In this document: piece by piece, positions 1 through 12,098 of the stretch | Position numbering within the stretch: the first letter of the stretch is position 1 | How the letters are laid out: each line of letters starts with the position of its first letter | Origin: Diadema antillarum | Taxonomy: Eukaryota | DNA: 64,000 bases | Direction of reading: 5' to 3' | Assembly: GCF_040938485.1 (NCBI RefSeq) | Contig: NW_027272364.1 | Location: forward strand, 62,001 to 126,000 | The notes under the pieces: model-generated | Databases searched by the model: none | The model's input: only the letters and a program-made list of their open reading frames with translations | What the model was told of the DNA's origin: nothing | Made by a program: the position numbers and the translations under genes

Positions 1-1627
1 GTGGTGGTGGTGATGGTCTAGCTAAAAAAAAAAATTATCAGTCAAACTGCTAAAAAAATTTGCTGGAACATGTGTCATGATGCGGTAATTGTTTATAGTA
101 ACTTTCATTTTCGCAAAATTTTTGTCACAAGACACTGATTTTATTTTATCATGTCCTTTTTTATAACATTACTAACCATGTCCTTTTAGTTACCTTGTCA
201 ACTCCAATATTTTTTTAATTGTATTCATTCTTTTCCATTCTTTTCTACACTCAGCAAAAAAAAAGAAGAAGAAGAAAGTAAACACTTTTTCAAGTTTATA
301 TCTCTCATAGAACATTTGGCTTAAAGTTAATTAAAGTGAACAGTGTTTTATTTGGTTATCAACCTGGTAGGTCAATATAAAGGGAAACTTAACGCATGAC
401 TGAACACCTTTACTTTCCTCATCAAATGCATAAAAGTTAAAATAGTAACAATTAACAAGATGTCATTCATTTGTTAGTGCTCTTCCCTGTAACAATAAGA
501 ACAAAAGACGAATTTAACGCAATAATAAAACATTACTTAAATTGCAACAGTAAGACTATGATCTCTATAATATCTTTGAAGCTCAAAAGATCAATAAAGG
601 CTAAAATATTGGAGGAAAATGAAGAGTCTTCTGTCAAATCCAAATTCAAATGGAATGAGAATTGTAAATAGTATTTGGTTCTTAGATTTGTGTCATGAAT
701 TCTTTAATTACTAAATAAAAAATGAAATACAGATATTCTGTTCATTTAATCATCTTTGTGCCCTTACTTCCTATGCCATTTGAAGTTCGAGTTGGCAGAA
801 AATTCTTATTTTTTCCTTTGGTTCCCGCTTTGATTTTGTTTGAGGTTATAATGAGAACGAAGACTTATTTTTGCTGTTTCATTCAGGTCTCTCATTGTAT
901 TAAAGTGGTCTTTTGTTATCATTGTTGTCTTTAAGGGCATTTCAAAATGAAAGACAACATGTCAATATTTGCAATTTTTACATTTGTACCTTGGAGGACA
1001 AAAACGAACATGTTCACTCAGGGGTAGAATTCCCTTTAAATTGACATACTGGTTTCATAGCCTATCAAATTACCTTTAACATGGTATATAATACATTGAT
1101 TTTCATCAAAATCTTCTATGAAAAAAATGAACAGGAAAAAGTGTTAACTTTCTTTTTCTTTCATATTTTGCTGAGTGTACAAAATCTGGGAAGAATGAAC
1201 ATGTTGTAACATGATTTTGACCTGAAATGAATAGATGATGATTTAGTAGTAGGCCTACAGTGTAAAAGCAAATATGTAAATTTGCTTAAAGTATAAATGT
1301 AACGTTACTAACCATACCTAAGTATGTAATATATAAAACTAGCAACCCATCCCCAAACAATTCTCCCTACCTACTTTTCATAACAATTTATACCTCTACA
1401 ACTATCCTACAGCAACGACACCAAAAAACCTATATGCTTCTCCCCTCCCTCTTTCAATCCACCCATTGCCAGAGAGACGTCTGTCATTGTTCCCCTCCCC
1501 CAATTTCCAAGTCCAAACATCCCCATGCCCTCGCCCCAGCACATCCATAACCTCCTATATCACCCCTTGCCACAATTCACTACCCACCCATACTTTTACT
1601 CATTACTACCTGAACACACTCACTCAT

Positions 1628-1658
1628 AGCAGGGAGGTGTAAAAAAAACCTCCCTGCT
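1628..1658. other. Perfect 11-bp stem-loop (AGCAGGGAGGT-9 nt loop-ACCTCCCTGCT), probably a retroelement 3'-end remnant
   Basis: Arms 1628-1638 and 1648-1658 are exact reverse complements. The function is inferred only. Confidence 0.5.
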
Positions 1659-1926
1659 TATAGCATGCTCAATTGTAAACACACATTCAAAGCTAAATGA
1701 AAAAGACACACATATACGGCCCCAAACTAATCAAATTGAGGATTTCTTTTAATTGAATGCAGTTGTATTTTGATGTTACATTAATGAACGTTACAAGCCT
1801 CATACGACGTGATCTTCAATGACTCTTTTATCATAAATGCCCTCTTCATCAGTCACTTGTTATTCTCTCTCCTTCTAACTGCCTATTCAGGACCAAGAAC
1901 TTGATGATTCCGACCGTGAGTAAACT

Positions 1927-4900
1927 TTTGTTTGTTTGTTTGTTTGATTTATTTCTGCATTTTCTTTCTCCGAATACAATTCCAAATGAAAACAAAATGA
2001 TACAGATACGTACAAATCAATACAAAGAAAAATCATTTGCGTAACAACATTCAGTCTGAAGTGGCATAATTATGAATCTAAATAACATAATTATTAAGGC
2101 ATACTGTATCTAATAACAAAGGAGAAATCAATACAGGGGACCGTCATCATAAGCAGAGCTTAACGTGGATGAGGCCCTATCTGAATATGTGATACAAATG
2201 TAAATACAACACCAATTATGTATGTACTCATAAAACTATTAATCTTAATACACGAAGCACATTTTGCTACAGAAAAAAAGAAAAGAAAAATAGTGACTTG
2301 GCGCTTTCAAACGAGAAAAAAAGACAACACGCAGCACCATTGATTACTGCATGGTATAGTAGACAATAAAAGTGTAGGTGTGTGCGAGTGACAGTGCGTC
2401 GTGTGTGCAGGTGACAGTGCATGAGAGAATAAAGGCTGTAGCATGCCTATTTTGGGGTAAGGTATACGCTTTACTGAATATATGCAATATCATTATCAAA
2501 GAAAGGAACGGGAGGGAATGAAAAAAAAAACACTTTGCATGGATCAGGGCTTACTGAGACTTCAGAAAAAAAAAGAAAGAAAAAATACATTGATCAAAGA
2601 CTACTAACTGGAAACATATTTCAATAATAAATACTTTTTAAAATGAGCTTTAAAGGAAAAAAGTGAAGTACGCTGCTTTAATTGATCAGGTAGGTTATTC
2701 CAGACATCGGGGCCGTAATGTCTAATTGATTTCTGAGCTAAAACAGTTTTGGGGTTTACAAGGTGAACATCTGTCGAACGGCGAGTTGGATATGTGTGTA
2801 TATTCGAATTTAAGTGAAAAATATTATGAAATAAAGAGGGAAGTTGATTTGTTGCATACTTGTACATGAATATACCTGTTTGTAAAATGTGGATGTCCTG
2901 AAGCTTCAAAGTATGCAAACGATGAAATAAAGGATCTGTATGAGATAAATATATGTGGAATTAGTAATAATACGAATAGCACGCTTTTGGAGTAAATACA
3001 ATGAATTCAGTTTAGTAATACTACAATTTCCCCTTACAATATTTGAATACAATATATGAGGCAAAATTAAAGAATTATATAAAATAATCAGGGATCGTTC
3101 TGATAAGAGATCTTTCAACTTCCAGAGTACGCCAATATTTCTTGATAGGGTCCTTTGTAGACAGGATATATGTTCGTTCCATGTCAAATGAGAATCGATT
3201 GTAATGCCTAAAAATCTAATAACCTGTTTCTCGCAAAGAGAAAACCCATCAATTGATATGTTGATATTAAGATCCTGTGAGTAGGGTTTTCTAAAATAAA
3301 CAAAATTTGTCTAATTAACATTCAAAGATAACTTGTTTGATTTAAACCAATTCAATATATTCAATAATTCAGTGTTCAAACGATTAACAAGGGTCCCTAT
3401 ATCATGATCTGATGTAATAATAGATGTATCATCAGCAAAAAGTATAAAATTCAAAGATGGAGAAAAACCTATGATATCATTTATATATTATGTTAAACAA
3501 CAAAGGCCCTAAAATGGAGCCTTGAGGTACCCCACATTTAATATCAAATTTCTGTGATTCATAAGACTGAAAACTAACATACTGTTGACGGTTTTGCAAA
3601 TAATTTATAAACCAGAGCACAGCGTGACCTCGTACTCCATACGTATTAAGTTTATGTATCAATACTTCATGGTCGATGGTGTCGAATGCTTTCGACAAAT
3701 CCATGTATATACCTATAACATGCTTCTTATCAGCAAAAGCTTCAATTATTTTATCACACATGTGAGCGATTGCATAATCAGTAGAATATCCACTTCTAAT
3801 TCCAAATTGACTGGGTATCAATAAATTATTGGTTTGTAAAAACTGATGTAACCTTTTATACACAATTTTTTCAAGAACTTTGGATATACTTGGTAATAAT
3901 GAAATTGGTCTAAAATTACTCATTAATTTAAAGTCATCTTTTTTATGAATGGGAATAACTTTTGCAAGTTTGAATGAGTTCGGAAAAATGCCTGTTGAAA
4001 GAGACATATTAAATACGTGAGTTAGGGGGCTTGCAAAGTAAAAAATTATTTGTTTCAATAAATGAACACTAAGACCATCATGCCCACTCGATTTAATTGT
4101 TTACATATTCTGAACAACATTGATTATTTCATGATCATTGGTAGGCGTGAGAAATAATGAATTTTCACAAGGATTGGGTAAATAATCAGTAAAATGTGTA
4201 TTACATGAATTCATATTAGATGCTAAACTAGGACCAATATTTATAAAATAATCATTAAATGAATTGGCAATAAATGTGGTAAAATCTGTAATTTCCTCAT
4301 TGTCAATGATGATAGAGTTGGTAGTTTCTTTTACCGTCTTTCCCATAAGAGCATTGACAGTTTTCCACAATGAAAAAAGATTATCCTTATTTTTTCTTTA
4401 TTAGTTGAATAATACAATTTTCGGGACAATCTTATTACTGATGTTAATTGATTTCTATATTTCCGGTATTTCATGAATGAGTTATTACTTTGATTCTTTA
4501 TTGCTTGCTTATATAACTTATTACGGGTTGATATAGACCGCATAATACATTTTGTAATCCAGGGTTGTCTATTTTTCTTTAAAGGTTTCCGTTTAACCAA
4601 AGGAATGTTTTTCTGATAATAATACAATAATCTGCTGATAAATTTTTCATAAGCAGTATCAGCATTGCTTTCATCAAATACATCGCCCCATTCTTCCTGC
4701 ACTAAATCAAACATCAAAGAATTTATGTTATTTTCTGTTTCCTTGTAATACATTTGAGATTTTTTATTTTCAAAATATTGTTTTGGTTGCAAAGAACTAT
4801 TGTTGATGGTAAAAACAGGCAAATGATATGATATATCATAATAAAATATACCATTTGTGAATTCTGTGTTTATTACATTTGAAAATATGTTATCAATAAG

Positions 4901-5700
4901 GGTTTTTGATGTACTAGAAATTCTTGTTGGGTTGTTGATATCTGCTTGAAATAAATAAGTTGCCAATAAACTTAACAACTGCGTTGTATGATTATCAGAA
5001 TTATTTAAAAGATTAATATTAAAATTTCCCATTATAAAAGTGTCTTTCTTTTCCTGAGAAATAATACTCAGAATTTGATCAAAACTTTCTAAAAAACCAA
5101 TCAATGTCATTTCTTGGGCACCTATATATATTAACTATAATATATTTTTTTACTTTACTGTTCACAATTTCAACAAAAGTATCTTCCGTACCCTCGATAT
5201 GTAAGTCATGCCTGACATTTATATCAATATTATCTTTAATGTAGAAAGCAACCCCACCTCCCTTGCCTAAGTAACGATCAGAACGATACATTCGATAATA
5301 CTCTAAATTAAATATTGGTGGTGAATTTGTATTAAGCCAAGTTTCTGATATGCCAATTATACTGAATTGAACATTTTGTAAAGAGGAAAGAAATGATTCT
5401 ATAGAATCAAAATTCTTATTTAAACTTCTGGCATTGATGTGAAGGAGGTTAAACAAATCAAAAAATGATTGAAATTTATTTTGTTTTATCTGTGCATTAA
5501 TCTTGGCAGTTGTGTAATAACTACTTTCGGAGTCATTCAAACTTTGATTATCAAAGATCATACCATGAGGGATCATTGTCGGTGTGGGGGTATGAGTAGA
5601 AACTGAAGGGTTGTGGGAAGAGGTTTGAGTGCAAGTGCAGGTGTCTGTGTGTGCATGTGCCCTGAGCGTGCGTGCGTGTGCATTCATCTTGAGTGTATGT
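1927..5700 (-). mobile_element. CR1/L2-group non-LTR retrotransposon (LINE), degenerate, probably 5'-truncated
   Basis: ORF2 fragments on the minus strand, then ~670 bp 3' UTR with a GGGCC...GGTCCC stem (~2137-2177). The element ends in AATAAA followed by (CAAA)n at ~1927-1955. The 5' boundary is approximate and no ORF1 was recognised. Confidence 0.85.
2604..5570 (-). pseudogene. LINE ORF2 (APE endonuclease + reverse transcriptase) broken by at least 5 frameshifts/stops
   Basis: APE motifs LLHINARSL, IGISETWL, GGGVAFYI, GNFNINLL, SKTLIDNIFSN and SYH(D)LPVF. RT motifs FRPISLL, DLSKAFDTIDH and GVPQGSILGPLLF, then after a frameshift YINDI...FILFADDT at ~3430-3480. C-terminus GPDVWNNLP. Confidence 0.92.
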
Positions 5701-6448
5701 GATAAAGAGTGCAGCGTCTAAATTATTTACTTGAAACTAGAGTCAGCGTATACAGAACTAGAAAAATATACAATGTCTGGAATATGCGGGAAGAATTAAT
5801 GGGGGAAAAAAACCCTACAACAGTATCTGGCAGTCTGCCAGGGGTACCAAAATGGGTAATTATATATAGCAAATATTATCTAAATAACTACTTTTTATAT
5901 ATTTACGAGAAAAAAACAAACAAAGTGATTGCGAAGAGAATCACGATACATACAATCAGATGTACCTATATCAACCATGTCTATATTAAAGACAATGACT
6001 ATGTAACAATATGCCTGTAAAATCATATGTACACAAACTTCAAACAATTGTTACAATTTTACTTTTAAACTTTATATAAAGCAATGATACAAATAAGCAG
6101 GAGCTTTAAGTACTCTCAGACAGGATATATGAATAATGTATAATACTAATAACGCTGTCGAAACAATGCCGTGAAGTGGTAAGTGTTCATCAGGAATAAG
6201 GTAACATAAAGATTAATCAAGTTTGGGAGCTGTCACATTACTCTAGATCAGAGGAGTGATCACAGTAGAGCAGTGTGATTAAAAACAAAACACAACTGTT
6301 TCATTACTAGCGATTTTAGGGGCAAATGAAAGGAGTGAAGCTAAGTTGTATGTGAGTGCGTGAAAAACTTCGGAATAATAAGCAGGTTATCACCCGAGAA
6401 TCTGTTCTTCGCTTGTAATGACACGTGAATAAGTAACCATGATGATAC

Positions 6449-6533
6449 ATGAGAGAATTGTCAAGTGGAAAATCGGGGAGTCTCATTGAACCCAGAGTGA
6501 TTGAGCAAGAAGATGACAGGAGCAGTGACATTG
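6449..6533 (+). pseudogene. Candidate first coding exon of the sacsin-like gene (MRELSSGKSGSLIEPRVIEQEDDRSSDI)
   Basis: ATG-initiated open frame ending in phase 1, the phase needed by the exon at 7060. The donor (G|GTGTAA) is weak. Confidence 0.3.
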
Positions 6534-7059
6534 GTGTAATGACTAAAAAAAAAATCAAGCTGGTATTTAATTACAAAGTTCCCTCATATTTCTTTTCTTT
6601 TAAGCTTCGCTAACCAATGTGCCATTTAAAAGAATACAGTTGCCTTAAACTACAATATCGTTGACAGGGCACTCAAAGAGACAGGCATGCATTCTAAAAC
6701 GAATCGAGATGTGAATTCATTGCTTTTTATGACCATGTACTTTCTTTTATATTGCCGTTACCAATACTCTTGCTTATTTTGGGTAAATACCTTGTACGGG
6801 TCAATATACAAGTATGACCTTTTCCTCTTTTCTGTGTGTTTTTGATGATGAAAACACAATTACAACATTTCAATGTTGCTGTGTGTATAAGGTATTATTA
6901 TGCTTAATACAAACGCTGGCAAAAGAAATTGCTGAGTCAGTGTTTGTCCGGGCGAGGCATGTCCATAAGGATGTGAGTTCACAACCAAGCTGCAAAGTCT
7001 TGTTTGCGTCTAGACTTGTCTGTTTTTCTTTTCTTTTCTTTTTTATCCAATCTGCGCAG

Positions 7060-7142
7060 ACGAGTTTGGTGTAACAGTGCCCCCGCTCGTAACGTATCTG
7101 AAGAAAATTCTGCGCGATTACAGCGATGGTCAGATCTTTAAG
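7060..7142 (+). pseudogene. SACS: Sacsin-like exon (start of SRR1: EFGVTVPPLVTYLKKILRDYSDGQIFK); absent from the ORF track
   Basis: Long pyrimidine tract + CAG acceptor, AAG|GTAAGT donor, phase 1-0. Confidence 0.9.
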
Positions 7143-7204
7143 GTAAGTTTACGTATATTAAAAGCATAAACATAGCCGTCACTTATATTTATGAGAATTC
7201 TTCT

Positions 7205-7323
7205 GCAGCAACTTCTTCTGCCCTCACTGTAGTGAAGACTTCTGGGCCCAGATTAGTCTCATCAACCACCTCAGTCCACAAATAACTGGTGGCGATGGTC
7301 ATCTTTTAGGTGAACAATGAACA
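7205..7323 (+). mobile_element. 5'-truncated RTE-clade LINE 3' stub in a sacsin intron
   Basis: Translates FFCPHCSEDFWAQISLINHL (degenerate RTE C-terminal C2H2 CxxC...IGLxSHL motif), followed by TGGCGATGGTCATCTT-like 3' end sequence. Assigned from motif memory only. Confidence 0.5.
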
Positions 7324-8563
7324 GCCCATATTTTGCGTCTTACATTAATTGTTTTGAAGACGATTTTATTGTTTTACATTCAACGACGGAAGTGTAGCAA
7401 GTATAGTAAAGACACGGAAAACTACAAACATTTCCTCCAACTCGTCATCTATAACAAATTCACATGACATGCGGAAACTTGAAGAAAAAATGAAAGAGAA
7501 AATGCCACTCATGAATCCACCGTCAATATTGTTAGTATGTTCTAATATCCAAGTAATTAATGATTGTAGATGTTGCCATTTTACCATGTCCCGAGTTCAT
7601 ATCCTTCCAGACGTTTACAGCCTTATTAAAGATGTTTACTCCCCGATACCCGTCTTTTTACTGAGATGTAAATATGGGTAGCTGGTAACGTATGGGGTAT
7701 GATGTTCGTTCAAGATCATTTCTATTTTCTTAATCTCAACATAATAAATAACATATACACGCAATGTACATGGAAGTAAAGAAATATTAACGTAAGTAAT
7801 CAAGAAAAAAGGGGTACATTATATTTTTGATGGGTTTTGCAGAAGTAGGCCTTTTAGTGATAAATGAATGGGACGATGGAGATTCTGGACCCACTGAAAA
7901 GTGAAGCTTGGAGAGCTTGTATAGATTGAGGGTCCCACTAGTTACAATATACAATGTACATACAAAAAAAAAATGTGGTCACCAAACCCAGTTCGTATTG
8001 CTTAAACAGATAGCCACATGAAACATAAATATATACGTAAATTTGTATTGTTTATGGCGCTGATACAACTAAATATAGTGTATAGATCCAACAGAAACGA
8101 GACTAACAAACAAACAAGATACAAGACAGGCATTATGAGCTCAGACACACCGAAGTTTGATCAAGAACATTATAAACGCAACTATTTAACGAAAACTGTG
8201 AGAGAAGAGCAGCGCTAAGACAAAGGAGGCTGCCATCGAAAACAAATGACGGAAGAAGGATAAGACAAATAAAATGGGACCGATTGATGAATATGCTTGA
8301 TGTATTTCTAGGTTTGCTTTGTGATTTGTCAGACGAATATGCTGTTCATGTTGTGGAGGCACGACGTTTACCATACATTAAGACGTTAAGTACAGTAAAT
8401 TTTGATACCAAGACACTAGATTTGATCAGAGACCAGCAGCATCAATTTTGATACAAGGAATGTAAACCAATACACTGTACTTTAATTTTTATTTTTTTTA
8501 CGGAGACGGACTGCCATTATGGTATGTTGTTTGTTTGTTCGTTTGTTTGCTTGCTTGTGAAAG

Positions 8564-8822
8564 GAAATTCTTCAAAATGCGGAAGATGCTGGTGCCAAGA
8601 GGGTTAAATTTCTCTACGATGTCAGACAGTATGGAACGCAAACGCTCTTCAGTGAATCCTTGGCACAGTACCAGGGTCCCGCTCTCTACGCATATAACGA
8701 TGCCAAATTCAAGCCAAAAGACTGGGCGGGAATACAGAAGCCAGCCCGCAGCAACAAAGAGAAAGACCCTCTCAAGGTCGGCAGATTTGGCATCGGTTTC
8801 AACTCCGTCTACCATATCACAG
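8564..8822 (+). pseudogene. SACS: Sacsin-like exon ([10 protein letters not shown]...[14 protein letters not shown])
   Basis: AAG acceptor at 8561-8563, G|GTACAA donor, phase 0-1. GHKL ATP-binding motifs. Confidence 0.9.
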
Positions 8823-9055
8823 GTACAAATTCCGTTAATTTGCTGAAGAATGAACAGTATTCGAGTAATGCACAATATCTCAATTCTGTCCATTCGTTGA
8901 GCTAATACGTACATTTTGTCTAAAGACAGTATTCAAAGCATGTTCATATATATCGTACACACTTTTTAGTCATAGTTATTATTCTTGATCAACCTTAACT
9001 TCTTTAATATATTTGTGTACGTGGTGTCTCATGGAAGCTTTCATTTTCTTCGCAG

Positions 9056-10590
9056 ATCTCCCAAGCATCATGAGTGACCGTAGAATAGCCTACTTGGATC
9101 CATTGGCGAAACACTTTAGAAATATTGATCGTCTCCCCCAGACAGGATTCCGATTTCACTTGCAAAGCTCAGAGGACCAAAACACCTTTCGTGCATGCAA
9201 GGACCAGTTCCGACCGTATCGGCAAATTTTCGACGATGTCGAAGACGGGTTGTGTGACGGACAATTCGATGGGACGTTGTTCAGATTCCCGCTCCGTGAG
9301 ACTGAGAGTGAACTTTCTAACAAAGTTTATACTGATGAAAAAAAAAGATGGACGATCTCCTTGACGCTTTCCTTGTCGACGCGGATGTAGTGATGCTCTT
9401 CCTTCGTTCACTGAAAGAGGTTGAAGTTATGAAGAGACCGGCTGATCAGAGTTCCCGTTTCATTGTCCGTGTGAAGGCAAATGTGACGTTCAATGAAGAA
9501 TTACCGATTGAGCAAGATCACTTCACACAGCAGCTGGTTGAGTATTGCTCGAGAAGTATGGCAGATCGCGAAGACCTTCATATGTCCTATGATGTCAAGA
9601 TATGTTCAGAAAAGGTAGAAGGGTCGAAAACTACTCGTTGGATTGTTTGCCACCACATCGCAGGAGGCGGTATGAGTTGAGAACTTTCCGATATGGCAGC
9701 TGAGCAGAATCTATTGCCATGGACGGCCATTGCCGTTCCTGTCAGTATCATGGAAGATCAACATGACAGATCTTTTGGAAGAGTCTTCTGTTTCTTACCA
9801 CTTCCTCCAGGAGAAGAGAGTCGCACTGGGTTACCCGTTCACTTGCACGGTTTTTTCGGAATTCAGAGTGACCGCCGGGCGATCAAGTGGCCTGGTCCAG
9901 ACCAAACAGACGTACCGGCAAAATGGAATGAATTGCTTGTAAAAGAACTGCTTCCGTCAGTATACGTCAGAGCGATAACAACTGCCATTGATAAACAAGA
10001 CGTCAGCGTGGAGAGCATATATTGTGCGTGGCCTGACGAGTCATCCGTGCATGAGAATTGGAATGTCGTACTGGAGCCCTTCTTTGATGCATTGTTCAAA
10101 GAATCTGTCATACACAGTGAGAACAATGGATGGTTGAAAATTGGCGAAGTCATCATTAACGATTTGTCTGTAAAAAATGAAATGGAAGTGGTTATACTGA
10201 AGTGCCTTCGGTATGGTGATAGGCCGTACGCATCACTACCCAAATTTTGCATGCAATCCATCAGGAAATACTTCAAAGGAGACATTGTCACAATAACTCC
10301 AGTGCTTCTTCGTAGCTGCATTCGCAGTGATGAATCTGTCCTCGAAGATCTCGACAGCCAGGAGAAACTTTTGATTCTCGAATACTTCATGTCCGACAGA
10401 CATTTCTCTGAGTTAACCACATTGCCATTACTTCCTCTCGATGATGGCAGTTTCATTCCATTCGAAGAATCCGATTCCAAAGTCTACATTCCAACCACCA
10501 GATTTCCTCGCCATCTCATTCCTGGTGAGAATCAGTCTTTCGTCCGAGCATCAGAATCTCAAGCACTTCAGGACTCCCTTGCCGAAGTGG
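9056..10590 (+). pseudogene. SACS: Sacsin-like exon containing an A9 frameshift (9338-9346) and an in-frame TGA (9678-9680)
   Basis: CGCAG acceptor and G|GTAAGT donor. ORFs 9013-9390 and 9348-9680 overlap in different frames; 9348-9680 and 9693-10712 share a frame. Confidence 0.9.
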
Positions 10591-11624
10591 GTAAGTGCGG
10601 CATTTACATCCACTTTTTATCTGCAGAAAGTCTCTATATGAACTTCAGATGTTTAAACGTTAAAAAAATGCATACTGTCATACCCTGTTTGCAAACATAT
10701 CATATACTGTAAGTACTACGTAGAAACATGAAAAGGAATATATGGCGCTTGGACATTCTTAGGAATACTGCAATGTAACCATTTCCTCCATATTTTGTCA
10801 ACAGATTATTTCATCAGTGGAAGTTAGGGTTAAATTGAGGTGGGATTTTACTCTAACTTACAGAGATCAACTTTGCAGTTAATTCTGCTTAATGTGGAAT
10901 CTCAGAGGATTTACTTTGCCTTGATAAAGTGGTCGCTCTGATATATGAAATAAGAGAAAGGTACACAATTTCTTTAACTCTGGTCCCTTTATGCGTTTGT
11001 CCCTAAAAGCTGTTACTTTGATTCTTAAGAATTCCTCAGTGCTTGGTAAATAGATGTTGGCACATTTAGGGGGAAAACAATTACTCTTTCCACAGAATTA
11101 CATCTACCAAAACTTAGCCACTGACATGACTGAAGATCCACTGATTACAAAAACCGCTGAAAAGCAATGTATCATATGGTCCATTTAATGTTAGAATGTA
11201 CCTGTGTACTTGAGCTAAAAATTTCCATTCAAATAGAAGAGCATTTTCAACATAGGTGTGCCTTTATGGAGGCTCAAAGTCATCAATCAGTCACTGCACT
11301 GGTAACAGTTGCACATATATCTATCAAGGAGTAAGCATTCATGTTGGATACCTTCTTACTTTAATACACATAAAATCATTAAAAGAATTAATGCATTCGA
11401 TCTGCATATTATACATTTGTATACTGTGCATACACGAGCGTTACACTTAACGATGAAACAAAACTTCAGTTGCAGCCATTCCATTCAACGCAAATAATTT
11501 CATTGTACATTGGACTAACAGATCTATCCTTTGTGTTCATATTTTCGGTGCGTGTTGAGGTGGAAAGATATCAGGCTATTGAGGCAGGTTTTGTGAATGT
11601 TTGTATGAACCGTGATTATACATG

Positions 11625-11819
11625 CACTCTAAAAAAAATCCGAGTCAGAACTGACCCGGAACTGGGTTCGTTGGAGTCACACACCGTTCCGGGTCAAAAA
11701 CGACTTGGAATTTGGTCATGAAGACCCCGAATGGGGTCACCCTGACCCAATTCATGACTCTGAATGGGTCATATCTGACCCCATTCCTTGTCATTTCTGA
11801 CCCGGATGTTGTAAGAGTG
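11625..11819. mobile_element. 195-bp CACTA/EnSpm-like MITE
   Basis: TIRs CACTCTAAAAAAAATCCGAGTCAGAA / TTCTGACCCGGATGTTGTAAGAGTG, 2-bp TSD (TG), and multiple subterminal TGACCC/GGGTCA motifs in both orientations. Confidence 0.7.
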
Positions 11820-12098
11820 TGTATATAAATGATTTGGAACGACTAGTGAAATTAGATTGTCTTCCTTATCAGAAGCAAATCACTGAAAGGAAATCGAAAT
11901 GTGGGAACCACTCGGTATTCACGTTAATTTCAGTGAATAAAGTGAAATAAAATAAACAATAACTTATTTCATTTGAATGTTTGCTTTAGAAGAAACGGAA
12001 TCTTGTGTCATTTTGTTTATCTGCTTATCCATTTTCCCGATGTAATCGCGCCATGATTCATTTAATAATGGAGTCTTTGTGTGTGTTTTGAATTACAG

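Noticed and set aside
6940-6977. Alternative first sacsin exon ending at the strong donor GAT|GTGAGT
   Set aside because: The nearby ATG gives phase 2 and the phase-1 frame contains TAA, which is incompatible with the 7060 exon; at most non-coding.
9678-9680. Selenocysteine or programmed readthrough of TGA
   Set aside because: The other breaks are TAA, TAG, a frameshift and an insertion. The context is not TGA-CUAG and I saw no SECIS. A CGA-to-TGA mutation is simpler.
9863-10480. 205-aa minus-strand ORF (and similar ones at 13504-13929, 14122-14502, 14875-15192, 20693-21058)
   Set aside because: Antisense shadows of the sacsin coding frame with no recognisable motifs.
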